The position numbers and the translations under genes are program-made. The notes beneath the pieces are model-generated. The model was given only the letters and a program-made list of their open reading frames with translations. It did not search any database and had not been told where the DNA came from. DNA of 64,000 nucleotides from positions 62,001-126,000 of the forward strand of contig NMRA01000176.1 of NCBI GenBank assembly GCA_002633005.1, in the 5' to 3' direction. Below are positions 45,821 through 60,173 of the stretch, piece by piece (positions within the stretch are counted from its first letter, which is position 1; every line of letters begins with the position of its first letter). Origin of the DNA: Phoronis australis (lineage: Eukaryota; Animalia; Phoronida).

Positions 45821-48203
45821 GTTTGCAAGCGTGACCTTGGCTAGGTGGTGAGAACAGAAATACAACTGTACATAAATGAAAATGTGCAACAGATTTCTTA
45901 AGGAGATCAAATTATTTAGATAATAATGCCCAAGTCCAAATTTATTTTCGGTCAACTTTGTTTTCATTTCTACAATAAAAAGACCAGTCCATTCATACAA
46001 AAACAATATTTCATTTTTTTAAGTCAAAGGATGTATATTTCCGAAGGATTACAGATTATATCAAGTGAATAAAGTTGTATAATTATGTTTACAAATAACA
46101 CATATCAATACTGATGTCGTCTTAATTCGGAGATTGGTGAATTATAATAAAAAGAGTATTTGTCCTTCATATAAGTGCAATGAAAATACGTTTTCATGAG
46201 GTGAAAACTAATATTGTCAGTCATGGCCAAAGCACAAGTGTCTACTTTTCAGGATTTACAGCAGTTTGAAAGAAAAAATGACAGCGTCCCCATTTATCGA
46301 AATGGCAAGAACTTTGCACTGTAGAATTGCACACTAGTGCTCTAACCATTAGCGCAAGATGCTTCCATCTTCATTTTGTTTCCTACATGTATGGTTGAAT
46401 TATTGACTTGTGAAGACATTCGTCTGTTCTGGGAGTAATATACATAATATTGGTCCTAGGCCTGTTTTGTTACAACTACTTTAGGCCTACACGTGGTTTT
46501 ATTCATTTAAAAACCTATCAACCACGCTCATTCTCGGATAATTCACCAAGAACCTCAACTGAAGCAAATTAAGTTTACAAACAATCGCTACTCTGAGTTA
46601 CGCCTTTGAAACAATGAAAGTTAAACTACACAACCCAGAACTGACGTTCTGATGTCCTCATGTTCAGTACAACATCACTTTATCCTCAGCGATATTCTTT
46701 TATACCCAACACACGCTTACTTTTCGTGACAACCTGCAAGTCTATGGTCTGACTTGACAGCTGAGTGTAATATAACTCAGGAGTTTACGTAAACTACCGT
46801 CTGTCTGTTGGTTGCCATGCTCAGCAGATTTTAACTCCCGGGATTCCAATAAACACAATTCAACTTGATTATTGGAGTGAGGTTCCACATTTGTGCATTG
46901 TATTCAACGACTGACAATGTACGTCACATCCAACTGTGTCGAATAACAATTGCTGAATAGAACGGACGCGACCATGTTTAATCTTTTGATCAAATGCACG
47001 CATGCATAGATACCAGCTCCTATAAACTGTTTTATGTTCAAGTTTTGGAATGCGCGGCGGAAAATTAAAAACACGAAAATGTCATTGTGACCTTTATGAC
47101 AAGATGGGTTGAAATTTCGAGATATCCTGTTCCTCAAAAACATGTTTACCCCTGCCGGATCATTTGTAAACTTTCAGGTAACAGCTAGGATGTGAAATCA
47201 ATCGTAAATTCCGGCTGAGCCTAGGGTAACTTCGTTTGCAACAACATTTACCGCTTTATTAATATCAGTTGTGATTAACCAACTGATGCACACTCTAAAC
47301 TAGACTTGTACAAAGCGTGGCATGAAAAGCAAATCTACGCCAATGAAAATTTGCACGTAGGTATAAGTGAGTGATCTTTAAACTTTTAGAAAATTACTTT
47401 GCAGTTTAAATACAACGTATTTTTGCCGGTTCATTGATGTGATGTATTGGTCCTAGGTTCATTAGCAAGGGTGAATAGATTTTTCTAACAGGTTTTTTTC
47501 TCACGAAGATACGTCTCTAAATATCTATCGTATCAGAGAACTTTGCCCCACATGTTTGTCCTCTGTCTCTAACTCCTAGTGATCGTCTGATTATCACTTT
47601 TTTACTTTATGTCAATGAGCTTTACTGTGTATGCGACTAGATAATTAGTCCAGCGTCCAACTATACGGTATCAAGGTTAATAATATTTATTCGTGCTTTG
47701 AGACCTACAACACACTCCTTTATGCCTACACTTGTGTAAATACTACCTACCTAGTAACGTCGTTATACACTGCATGTGACCTACATAGCAAAATGGTAAC
47801 TGCTAGGAAGATTGGCGTTGACAAAGTTTACCGACAATACAGAACTTCAAAATACAGGCTGCTACCTATGAAATATGAAACATAAAAGGCTCGCGTTTTT
47901 TCATATTTTTTTCAATTTTCAATTAAATATCTGATTTCCTGTCTGATTCACAGTGATTCAGGTGCCTCGTGTCACACCTGGTCTTAGAAAGGTGAAATAA
48001 TCCTTTAAATTTTGTGTGTACTCACCTTCGTAAACTTTGAGACAGTAAGTTATTCCACTTAAGTTTTCCTCAACAGTGATTTACTGCCTTTACGTCTAGT
48101 GGGAATACCAGAACTAAGCCTAACCACTGGAGTACACTAAGCGATCGATACCGAAGTGAGCGAGTTAAACACGAACACGGGTTGGACGATCAGTGGGAGT
48201 CCT

Positions 48204-48217
48204 GTTGCTAAGGACAC
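48204..48217. promoter_or_regulatory. RFX X-box-like site at the putative SPMAP1-like promoter; putative non-coding first exon ends at a minus-strand donor at 48025/48026
   Basis: GTTGCTAAGGACAC resembles the X-box consensus GTTGCCATGGCAAC. It lies in a CpG-richer patch upstream (-) of a strong donor, AAG|GTGAGT. Confidence 0.4.
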
Positions 48218-48682
48218 GGCGTCTATGGGCCAACAAAGCGCGGCGCTGTGAACAGTTTACACAGCTCGCGGACTGGCTGCTTGTTGGCCCGGGATTCAGT
48301 TTACCGGAGTTTGTGTACGAGAAGAAGCCGACTAAAAAATCTGATTCTTCATAGGCAAGGCTGCATTGAATATTCTTTCCGACGTACTTAACAGACTTAG
48401 TCGCGCAATGACCAATTAACTCATGACTTGCATATTACAATCATGATTGTCGGAATGGGCGAACTCAGTTTTTACCCTTGCGACTGACATTATATAGCGA
48501 GCTCATTGGATACGCCATGTGACATATTTTATTCAAAAATAGATCACAAACTCGTTCTTCCCAGCGCCGTCCACGCAGTGCTGTAGTGGGGCATAGGCGC
48601 ACGTAGGCGCACATTTTTGCTTTTTAGTAACGTACGGCCCCTATCCACCCGACCGTAGGTTACAGTATAGTGCAGTCAATCA

Positions 48683-48756
48683 TTTTTTACATTTTATTGT
48701 CGCGGCAACCACCTTTTTACATTTTATTGTCGCGGCAACCACCTTTTTACATTTTA
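48683..48756. repeat. 30 bp tandem repeat, ~2.5 copies
   Basis: TTTTTACATTTTATTGTCGCGGCAACCACC is repeated. Confidence 0.85.
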
Positions 48757-51700
48757 ACGTAGGCCTACCGTTTGCGCGCCGTAAGGGACTATAGTGATGC
48801 GTAGTCTCGATAGCATCAATGCGATATACACTGACGACCGTCGTTGCCGAACATTTCAGCGTGCGTCGGACCAACAGGCAAACATGGATGCTCACATGGA
48901 ATTTTTATTAATTTTTCAAGATATAGAAACAGGTATGGTGAATAAAAGGCCGNGGCCGGGACCAAAAATCACCACCAGCATATCATTTTTGGGCGTTACG
49001 CTCCAATTTTCTTTTATTGTGGTTGGGTTCCCCTTCAGAGACCGCTTGGATTGCACATGGACTTTTGCCTTCGAATATATGTGTGGTTGGCCTCTCTTAA
49101 TTTCTCCGCACCCGAACTCCCAAATCCGGGCATCTGGTAGAATTTTAGTGGGGCATGGCCCCCTTGCCCCCCCCACTCCCTAAATCTGCCACTGGTTGTA
49201 GTCATTGACAGACATAACGTAAAATTGTCGTGATGACTTGACAGGGACCTCAGGGGTCTCACACTCCACTGATTTATCCACATTATTTTGAAAACGCTTT
49301 GCCCAGTCACACATTGCGTGTCATAAAAGAGATAAGCATACCAGCAGCTGACGCAGCAAGTAGAACTACTCTCGTTTATCACATTGGTGTAGACTCACAG
49401 TTGAACTGTGGTTTTCTGTAGACCCCAGACAGTCCCGAGTTGCACCATATACCAACTTCGGACGGTCTCTCACGACGATTAAGCGTTATGGATGTCTCAT
49501 GCATTATGGTTACTAACTTAACTGCCGCCATATGTTATGAGGTTTCCGCGGAAACTACACACACACCTTTTTAAAACACTTGAAAACAATAGTAAAAAAT
49601 AAGTCAATCACAAAGAGCGGGGATTGAAAGTCACAAACATTTAAATTTTGGCAATATCTTTCGACTGGTGAAATTCGTTATGTGTTTGCAATTGGTGAAT
49701 GTTAAGAAAAGAGTAACTTAAAATGAGACGTGAACCTGACACATTTTTGGCGAGCACCAGATTCGCCGACGCCTTCAATTGAGACACTCATCCACATGAC
49801 TCCATTTTCAAAAGTAGAGTCAAATGCCACAAAGTACGCTTCTGTCCATAAAGTATCCACTGGATCAAGAAAGAAACGAAAAACGCAAACTTTTGAAAAC
49901 GCAACATTTTTTTACACGGAAACGACATCCGGCGTGCACATTTAAAGTTGATTACTAGTGTATGGCAAATAAAGAAAGCGGCTGAAATTCGTATTTGGCA
50001 TAATTTTTCAAGAAAGTTGTATCCACAGCAAACAAGACAGGTATTAATAATATGCACAGATGTCGGGATCGGAATATTCATAATCAAATCTCAAAACGCT
50101 GCTCCGTTTTTCTAAATTATCATGATTTTCTTCTATGCAACTTAAAAGGTTCTAACAAGTCTAGTTCATAAAAATCGCGTAGTTTCGTCTTTTTGAAAGC
50201 CCCTCACGTAGGCTTACAAGCGCTACATCTTGTGAAAACAATTCCTCACAGATTTTCGGAGAGCAGTTGTATAGCGTGGTATATTAGTTTCATATCAGTG
50301 AACCTCATGCGATCAGTCATTCCTGAGATATGATTTTCTGAAGTTAGCCAGATTTAGGCATTTTTCGAGGCACCTACAGGTAGAATCTTAGTACAGCACA
50401 GAACGATCAGGGCTGACAAACACACAGACTACGGAAGCACGTGAGTATCTCATATCATTTGGACAACCTGTCTAGAAATATCCAGACACTGGCCCACCAA
50501 GGTAGGTACTGGAGCTTCACTCCCAAAATCGTGACAGAAGCAACACCAAAACCAAATGGTGAACGCAACAGTCACTAAATTCACAGAGCGTGAACTCATT
50601 GACGAAACAATCCCGGCGATGTCTATTCCACCAGTCCAAATGATCACGCTCCAGACCAGTGCCGTCGTCTCAACTGGCCACAGCTTACGACGGCGCTAGC
50701 GTGTGATTCGCACCACACAACACATTAAGTTCGCCGAAAAAGATTGGCAAATCAATACGAAATTTTAGGAATGCTGAATTTTTAGGAGGGTCCCGCACAA
50801 AGCATGCATCCTACTGTGAAAAGGCAAAGGCGAAATTGATGAAAGTTGCATACAGTCATGTAAATTATGCAATTCTTACGCTTTATGCGACTACTATTAC
50901 TTCATTCATGATGTGCAAAGATTTCACATACTTGAAGCATTTCAGATGGAATAAGGTGGCCTGAATATTTAGTGAACTGTACCGCTTAAGGAAGAGTTTC
51001 GGTTTAAGGTCGTTGTTGCAATAATAAAACGCTGATGTGGTGACAGTAAAATAGATGATTATGTTTTATTAGGCTTGTCCACGCTTCTTAGAATAGAATT
51101 AGATATCACAAATACAATGTATATACACACAGCCACGTTCTTGCATGCAACACGACACTAAAAATTTGCAGAGGTAGAAAATTTGGAAATAAGGCCAGAA
51201 AATGGTTACAAGACACCAAAAAGGCACTGCAAACCAACAGATAACATTGAAATGACAATAAAACTCATTGATAGAACATTTATGTAACCCAGCAGACAGT
51301 CAAATTTTCTCAATGCTTTTGATTTCTTTCACACCGCCAATATTTCTAACATTTCTTTTCTCATAAACTAGACAAGTTAATCATATAAACAGTATATTTC
51401 TCAGTCAAAACCATATTCTGACAGGAGGCACTAGTAAGGACACCCTGACCCTGGCCAGAGATACAATATATCAGGGGACAGTTTCTATCTAAGGTCATAC
51501 GCCCGCCTATAGTCAACATTGTCGGTAGGCATGTTATGGCGAACACAAAATTGGTCTTTATAATTGTTCATATTCATAGCAGTGGCTGCCTTCAGGGGCT
51601 ATGTAAATGAACTAGCTGCCCTGCATTGGCAAACTAAAATTGAACACAAGACCGTCTTACCTCTAGAAGGGACAAGAGACCTTTGATAAAACTGGAACCA

Positions 51701-52529
51701 TTATGCATGTTTCTATTCTAAAACAGGTCAATGTTTTTGAAACCTGGGCAATCACAAAAATCAACTTTGACAATCATTTCTGTCCTAAGTTGGCGAGACT
51801 TTACCATATAAGACACTGATTCATCCAGTAAGTAGGCATATATCTTTGACCTAACTGTGCATACACAAAACATAGAAATATATTTGACATCAACACATTA
51901 CACGAGAACTTGCCCGATGATTTAGTTGTTAATTAACTTGGAGTTAACATTTATCATGTGGCTAAGCAAGGGCGCTGTTAACCTGGATACTCTCAACTAT
52001 AGAAGCATGCATCAACTATAAGTTGACTAGCAGTGAGCATTAAGTCTCTTACAGAGAATGGATTCGTCTTTTAATGGCAGGTCTCAACTTATCGCATCAC
52101 AAAACTTTCAAGATATCACAGGGAAATCTCAATTGTCACCATTTTTGGGTGCATTTTCATGTATAAGTCACATCAACTTTGTTTTTGTCACATATGCGAG
52201 ACAATATCTGTCAGCGAAAACGATGAACTCTATAATTCTACAATTTGTGAAAAAAGAAACCACCACTTGATACAGCACAAAACAACTGTAAACCCAACAA
52301 AATACAAACAGCTAACTTGGCTCAGCAAATTTCTCACATTTTGTTAAAAAATTCACAAACTGTCGCAAAATTAAAAGCAATCAAGTTTTGTAAAGAACGT
52401 CACCATGTCACAGGGAATCCCTTCTCTGTTCTTCTGATACCAGTGCATACTGAATGACAACAGTAGAAACTTGATATATAAGTTGAAGCTTGTCAAGAGT
52501 TGGACACTAAATATATGGCGGGATTCAAT

Positions 52530-52627
52530 ACGGTCCTGTTGTGCCAGAGTCACACAACATTAACGGTCCCGTTGAGCCAGAGTCACACAACATTAACAGT
52601 CCTGTTGTGCCAGAGTCACACAACATT
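52530..52627. repeat. 33 bp tandem repeat, 3 copies, in the probable Shisa-like 3'UTR
   Basis: CGGTCCTGTTGTGCCAGAGTCACACAACATTAA occurs three times with few substitutions. Confidence 0.9.
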
Positions 52628-53954
52628 CATAACCACCCTACGAAAAGTCATATTGAGTAAGACACATAATTCACATGACATTGTACGATCAGTCACAATA
52701 AACAATATAACAAAAATATATAGTACAACAGATACCATAAAAATTTGCCATGTCAGATACATGTATATGTATATAACAGCCGTTCCTGTGAATGACCAGT
52801 TTAAAATGAGAATCTACAAAACATTTAACAGTGGGTATCAAACCCAACGATAAAACATGGATGTCTAAAAGAGAAGACTTAAAATTTTTTTTGACGAATA
52901 TGGTAAGTATAGAGTATTTTGGCTTAATAAATGAATGTTAGTACATGTCTCCAAGACCATGTTACAACTTCATCATACCAAATATCGCTAACAGAGTGTT
53001 AACAAATAGGGGGTACTACACTACATTCATTGGAAACAACGTGTGTATGTGTCATATACACACTCCCCATGACCAATCGCACAAATGGTCCTCATGCCAT
53101 CGGCCAAGACATAATCACATTGGGAGATCTAATCAGGAATGCATGTGCAAAGTAGTACCAGGATTAGCCAGATACAAACTTCCAACACTTGCTGATTAAA
53201 TCCAGTTAAAACAGTGAGAGACAAAAGTCATGCTAAAAGTTTGTACCGAAGTCCATATGGTCTATAATGACCAGCTTAAGGCAGAACGATATTGCATCAT
53301 GGAAACTGAATAGCTGCTGACCTCCACTTTTGTACACAGGGGTCAACCGGCTGATAATCTGAGTAATATGATTGACTGATTGTCTATGATTAATTTATTT
53401 GAAGTGATTTGGGCCACTTACTGCTACGAAAATAGTCATTTAATACTATAAAATTTGTTTTTGACCAGCCCAATAAATTTAACAGTACACAAAAACTAAT
53501 AGAGATAAACAAGGATACAAAATAATAGTAATGATGACAAATAAGACCAAAGTATAGGTAAAATAAACTAAGAAGTACCATTAATGTACAAATAAAATGA
53601 AGAATTAGTTACTCTCATCTTCATCGAGGTCAATCCACAAATAAAAATTTGACATCATAACGGCACTTCACTGATCACCCATCGCGTAGTTAATCCTCAG
53701 CATTTGTGACTGCAGTATAGTAAGTACTAATTTTTTTCCATTTACACAAAATACACTAGATTGAACCTAAGCCAAGATAAGGTGGAAGTCCTACAGAAAG
53801 ATCCAAGGAAAAGCAATCATGCATTTCCATGCAGTATTATTGTGATGCAGAAAAGAGAAGTCTCTTCAGGAGCACCAAAGAGAAACTTAGATAGTTCCAC
53901 GTCATTTCAACGTTTCAACATCAGGCCAGAAGGAGGAGTTAGTTGTCTGGCTGG

Positions 53955-56257
53955 TTACTTGGTCACCATATCGTATGACGGAGGGGGTATATTTGGAGCA
54001 GTGGGATCTGAAACACAAGGATATCACTGATGAGGCGACAGTACAGTCCTTATACATGGCATTTCACAATGAGATTTTGAGAAAAACATTTAAAGCATTT
54101 CCTATACTCAGAAAGGGGCACAAACCCTGGAGTAGTCTTGACAAAAATGAGGAAAATTGATTTTAACACATAAACGCAGTTTAAACTATACACGTAACTA
54201 AATCTGAAGGTCAATATAGAGAGCCTTTCGATGACGACCCGCCATCTTGTTCACTCGGATTCCTGGTGCCAGGTGTTGTGTGTGGCGCCAGTCCGAAGCG
54301 TCTGCCACGGTCAAGTGGGCTGAGTATCTGCTAGTAGACTCTAGACTCTAGACAGCTGAAACTTACCACCGTCCCTGTTCAGGCTGGAGCTATGGATGGT
54401 GGTAGGTTTCAACTGCCTAGAGTATACTAGCAGATACTAAGTCTACTAATCCTGGCACGGTGGCATCAGCAATCTGAGTGAACTAGATGGCGGGCCGTCA
54501 TCGAAAGGCTCTCAGTATTTACCTTCAACTTTAGCTGCGATAACGGTTTAAACTAGATTTATATGTCTGAACCACACCAGCTCAGCTCTGATAGCAGTAT
54601 TGATTTAAATATGCTACTTAATGTCAAGCTTGTACACCCCTGACAACTTACTATCTTGTATTTGTTATACTTTGGGTCAATGGTCATATATTCCAATAAA
54701 GTATACCTACAAAAATGTTCACATTTCTTCTCAAAAAGCAGGGAAATTTTGAAGCGTAAATTTCCAAATAACATTCAAATGATTTTGTTATTAATAAAGC
54801 CTGGTTCATTTTTGTGTGTTTGTCACATAATTGTCAACCTTTTTGAAAAGTACTGTACGAGGCTGAGCCGTTATGAAGCAATAAGCTGTACAAAGATCAG
54901 TTCAGTTAGCTCTGTTGTAAGACACTTCATGCACTAGCTAAAACTTGGGCGTTCTAGATTTCATTTTCCATCACTTTTCCAGGTTACAATTTTGGTTTTC
55001 AATGAGCAATTTTTTCCACTAAAAATAGACCACATCAATTTTTGCTACTGATTGTTGCAAAGCAAATAGGCGACATGACATGCAAAATGGAAAATTGATG
55101 CTCTTATCAATTCACAATTTTCCATACCTCAAAATATTCCCATTAATGAACACAGTGAGTATTTAATCAATTCACAGATTGAACAAGATACTCAAACAAT
55201 CTTTTTATAGATGCTATGCATCAAACGATGAAGTTGAAATTTCTTGATTATTCATTACCCTCACAAATATCAGAGTCTTGCATTAAGAGTGAGATTGGCA
55301 TGCATAAATTTATATTCTTTCAGAACCAAAGGAACAAAGCCAGTTGCATTAAAAACACATTACAGAACCTTTACTATTCGAATTGTGTGCAGTGAGTCGT
55401 GAATAGGCTGATGATAAAACTGGGGTATACCCAACATCTATTCATAGTCACCCCTAGACTTTTATAGAGCTGCCTGCGTCAACTAGGCTGTTGTCTGATA
55501 TTATCAAGTCTTGTTGGAGTCTATTATGTCACTTTCCCATTAGAGGAACTGACGTCCCGCGGAACACCAGTGCAGCTCCACTAACCTTTCCCACTGACAC
55601 CTCTCCGCTGTACACCAGATGTCGCAGTTGAGTATTAATCTCGAACTAATAGTGATTAATGGATTCGAGATTATTAAAAAATTCACCTGTTATTCTCTTC
55701 TTGTTGATATATTTCTCGGATATATTGCAGCTAACTGTTGGGGAAAATGTGGCAACAGACAATGTCTCATTGAGTCTCACGCTTTTGAAGTTGCAGCATT
55801 TAGTGACTACTCCAGTCCAAGTAGAGTATTTTGTTTCCCACTGCAGCAGAGTTGTGCAACTCCGGACATTAATACCCTATTTTGGGAGGAGTTGCGATGG
55901 ATGTTCAAGTTCCGAAGTTAAGCTTTGTGTTGTTAATATGAAAGTAATAAGCAATGGCTAGGATAACAAAGTTTCCCACATCAAATTTCAACATCGATGC
56001 TAACAAACTGCCTCCACTGTATCCTACCTTGAAAGCCATAGGCTGGATAGGGAGCTGATCCTGGCGCGGCAGGGTATCCAGGCTGAGGGTTCCCCGACTG
56101 GGGATAGGGCTGGTATCCAGCTGCTGGCTGAGGGTACGACGGTGTGGCAGTGGGGTACGGTGGAGCTCCAGGTTGTGGATAAGTTTCAGCACCGACGTAA
56201 GGACCAGGTGGCTCTGGCGGCTTATTCACTAACAAAAGAAGCAGTACTGAATAATAA

Positions 56258-56292
<35 letters not shown>

Positions 56293-59200
56293 TAAACTTT
56301 ATTTATAGAGGATAAAATACAATTTAGAACTAAAACATGCTTTAGCCAAAGAGTAATATGCAGCATGGTTCTGTTATTGAATAAAGTCAGACCATGTTCA
56401 AAATTGATTACAATGCATAAAAAAATCTTCAGTTTACGACGTAACATGGCATCAAATTGAATTTACTTTGTCAACACATGAGGGGCTACATCTCATTTCC
56501 CAACACTCAACATTGAATGCTTCTCACAGGCTGGTATTTAGGTAGCCAGTAACCACAGCTCCAGTTTTCAGGCTTGGTTTCTTTTGTTTAGGGATTAAGG
56601 AACAACTGAGCTAAGAGATATAAATTTCCATTCTTGATCTTAATTAGATAAAACTTAAATTTGTCCCAATTCCATTTCAAGTAAGAGACCTTAATAAGTT
56701 TTTGACTTAAGTTTTGTCTTAATTTTGATTAACTTACAGGATGTGGAAGTTTCAAAATTTGGAAGTTGAAACAAATCTTAGACTTAAAGTAAAAAATGAA
56801 CTTAAGTAAGTTTTTTGGAACGGGCCCTTGAGATGGATGCCACTGACAGCACAGTTTACAAAAAAACGTGCAGTATAAGCCAGCTTTGGTAAAACGGTCT
56901 ATAAAAACTGAACCCTTATTGTGAACGACCCAACATTCATTGACCACTCACCGTCAGCTGTATAGGTTACTGACCCGTCCGTTCCTTGGACATTTTGATG
57001 CTGCTGCCCTGTAGCACAGTAAGAAGTTGACTATTACGGTGCAGTTTTCAAAATGAACTAGACAACAAATTCGTTAAAGTCTACACATACAAATCACAAC
57101 TAAATCTCAAATTCTTTTTTACCAGAACCCATTTCAATTTTTGGCTAAAACTTGACAAAGCCTTGACAGATGATGCTCCATGCTCTTTGTTGAAATTGCA
57201 ACTTACTTTTCAAGTTAATAACGAGTGAGAAAATCGTAGCTATGCACAATAACCAAATTTACAGCATCGGCACACCTTTGCACACGACAGTTCGACGATG
57301 GAAAGCTACTGAAAGACCTAATCGATGAAAACTTTTAATTCATCTCGTCAATAGTATCATTTCACCCTATGGCACACAGTCCAACAGAAGCAGACGTACT
57401 TAATCTCCAGGATGGTATTCTGTTGACCACAGTCCCTGAGGAAGTTGTTGATTTGTAGCAGCAGCAGCAGTAGCAGCAGGCAATACTACAGCCAATCACA
57501 AGCAGCCCGAGGAGAATGAAACCAATGATTGCACCAGCCATTCGACCAGAACTGAAAACAGATGACATAAAAATGAACTTAAAAATGCATTCGCGTGCTC
57601 CAACTAAGCTACGCAAGCAGCAAGGGACTAAACAGTAATGACATTTTAACATGTCCTACTTTAGACAAGCTGCAGTTTGTAAAATGGGCAACAAAAAGAC
57701 TGCCAACAGATGACGCCTACACAACTGCTTAACTCACAGGCTCACAAGACTCAAATCACTCAGTGTTATTCCCCAGCACTACATCACGATACTTACTGGA
57801 CAAGGTTTGCTATTTCGCTGCAGATAATTTTCGACATAAAACGCCAAATAAACCCCGACATAAGTAATTAGCCTACACCTTACAGGTAAAGGAGGTAGAA
57901 ACATAATATTTTTCTTTTTTCGTTTAAAAACTTTGCAAATAGAATTTAACTGCAAACCAAGCTAGTTTAAAGACTGAGGCTGTATTGAAAGTGGTTCTCT
58001 GCCACTGAAACAGAATTCAACCCGCTCACCAGGTATTTTTAGGGTTTGTTCGTAAATATTTTTAATTTTTGTTGATATCAATCATGAATAAAGAACATTT
58101 TAGTAGATTAAAAGCACGGACTGTAGTGTTTAGACATCATAAAACAGCATTTGCTGAAATTCCCATTATTTGAAAAATGGTAACCAGCAATTGAAAATGG
58201 AAAAATGACCATTTATCCAAATATTTTTTGTGAGTCAAACATAAAATGTTCCATAATCCTCATCTTTCTGTCAACACCGCATTTACCAGAGTAAGTATTT
58301 TATTGTACGTTTTACATTCTCCACGACTATTGCCAAATAGATTATCTACTAATTAAATTGCACAAGTTTTCACTAATGCATTGTCTGCTGCGGCAATTTC
58401 AGAAAGTCTTCTATTTTGTTGCACCTTAATTTTGAGGGGACATTTCTTTCACTGGAAATTTCCCTCATCCATACAAATTCCCTGGCCTCAGTGAAAAACG
58501 TTGGAAAGATGACTTTAGTCGTAATAATAATGTACCGCACACCTACATGCAGTGTAACGGGACACGAGGGAGACGAGTCAATACTTGGTGTCAAGTTATT
58601 GTCCATAAAACTCGTTTTCAAAGCAACCTATGCGGCCCTTAATCCTGATATCATCCATTGGTAATTGATTGTACAATAATTTCAAAATAAACTAGACAAC
58701 ATCAATATCAAAGTCTGGTTGCACAAAAGCCATGACTAAGTATAACGTTCTTTTCAAGTACAATCTGATTCAATTCTGGCTAAATCTCCACACACATAGT
58801 TGAAATCGCAACATGAATGTGTAAGTCCATAAATAAATAAATAAGTAATAATGTCCCATTAAACTCTAACAAAAGATTGACAAAAATGCTAGTCTATTAT
58901 GTCAAAACCTACCAAATACTTCTGTCAAGAATTTCATACATGTTCTGTCGAAGTCTATCTAGTTTATTTTGAAAACTGATGCACAATCGATGCATGACTT
59001 CATAATTAGAAAAAAAAAAATTAGTCAGCATGTAAATGACACCTTAAGTTCAAAAGGGGGCTCCCCCACGCGAAAGGGAAGGAATACTAGTCTAGAGGCA
59101 AGTATTTTGCTCTCTCGGGCGTCGTCTTAAGGGGTAATGTACAAGAAAAGGATACAGACACTGAGAAGTGGTTTTATCTCAAGCAGTATATTTCACCACT

Positions 59201-59400
59201 GGCACCACCCTACTCATTGTATGAAAAGAGTCACTGCCCCTGGAACCCAACTTACTCATCCCAGAATGTGCAACAGCGCTGTCTGCCTCTCGGACCACAA
59301 CAGTAGTCCATGTCTTCTCCTTGGAACCACATGGGGCAGATAAACATGCCATAGGTAACCCCATTCAAGTTGGGTTCATAGTTCTCACAGATGGCAGGCT
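53955..59400 (-). CDS. Shisa-like (STMC6 superfamily) single-pass membrane adaptor, 5'-incomplete; exons 59256-59400, 57400-57551, 56952-57008, 56028-56228, 53955-54007
   Basis: Six-Cys ectodomain CENY...FICPMWFQGEDMDYCCGPRGRQRCC. TM helix MAGAIIGFILLGLLVIGCSIA followed by the juxtamembrane Cys cluster CCYCCCCY. Pro/Tyr-rich tail (PPYP, YPQP) ends in PPPSYDMVTK*. Phases are consistent. The signal-peptide exon was not found and is likely beyond 64000. Confidence 0.85.
54178..54554. mobile_element. ~380 bp foldback (almost fully palindromic) element in the last Shisa-like intron
   Basis: Paired arms AGTTTAAAC/GTTTAAACT, GAGAGCCTTTCGATGACG/CGTCATCGAAAGGCTCTC, AGTATCTGCTAGTA/TACTAGCAGATACT and GAAACTTACCACCGTCC/GGATGGTGGTAGGTTTC. 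Confidence 0.85.
56258..56289. repeat. (AAT)n microsatellite
   Basis: About 10 AAT units, ~30 nt from the splice acceptor of the Shisa-like Pro-rich exon. Confidence 0.9.
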
Positions 59401-60173
59401 CTAGAAAGTGAGAAGAGCGACAAAACATCAAGTTTTTGTATAATAGCAATAATGATATTGGGAGACTTTCAATTAGCATTGTGGAGACTGATCACGTGCG
59501 ACCTTCTACTAGTGGCCCCTAAGAGGACAAAGAAGGCAATTCATCTTTCGTTCAAAGTGCATCAAGTTTAACCAATACACAATACAGGGTATTTTGACGA
59601 AGTCAAAATCATTCCCCACTGCAAAGAAGTATATCCTGGATCAGATAGTTGGCCCTAAATGTCGCCGGTCCCACGAGAACAGTCACAACCCTTTCTGAAA
59701 ATCTTCCATTAGCAATACCAACACTCACATCGCACAGACCTTTCATTAATAAATTAAACATTGAGAATTTCAAGAAACATATTACAATAATCAGATCATT
59801 GTCAAAATTACCAAAAGCTTCAAGCATGGGAAAGGTCTCAAAAGCATGATCAATAAACTTCTCCAGGTCCAAAGCGAAAACATGCAAACCTGGGTCACAA
59901 ACCAGTTAATGTGTTAAAAGCCTCGAAATGTATTTCAGGCATAAATTAAAGCAAAACATTGACACGACGCAAGTGAATATCTAAGCTGAGTGTCATAACT
60001 CATGACCGTATTTTCTGAAATAATGGGCATATTTGGTTTTCAATAAAATGTATTAAAGAAATGATGTTTGACTCTATGTAAGGGACAATTCACAAGCATC
60101 GTTATTTTCACAAATTTATAAAATGTGAGCTTAAGGAAGGGGGCAGGTAAACGCTTGCTGCTTTTATCGTTAT

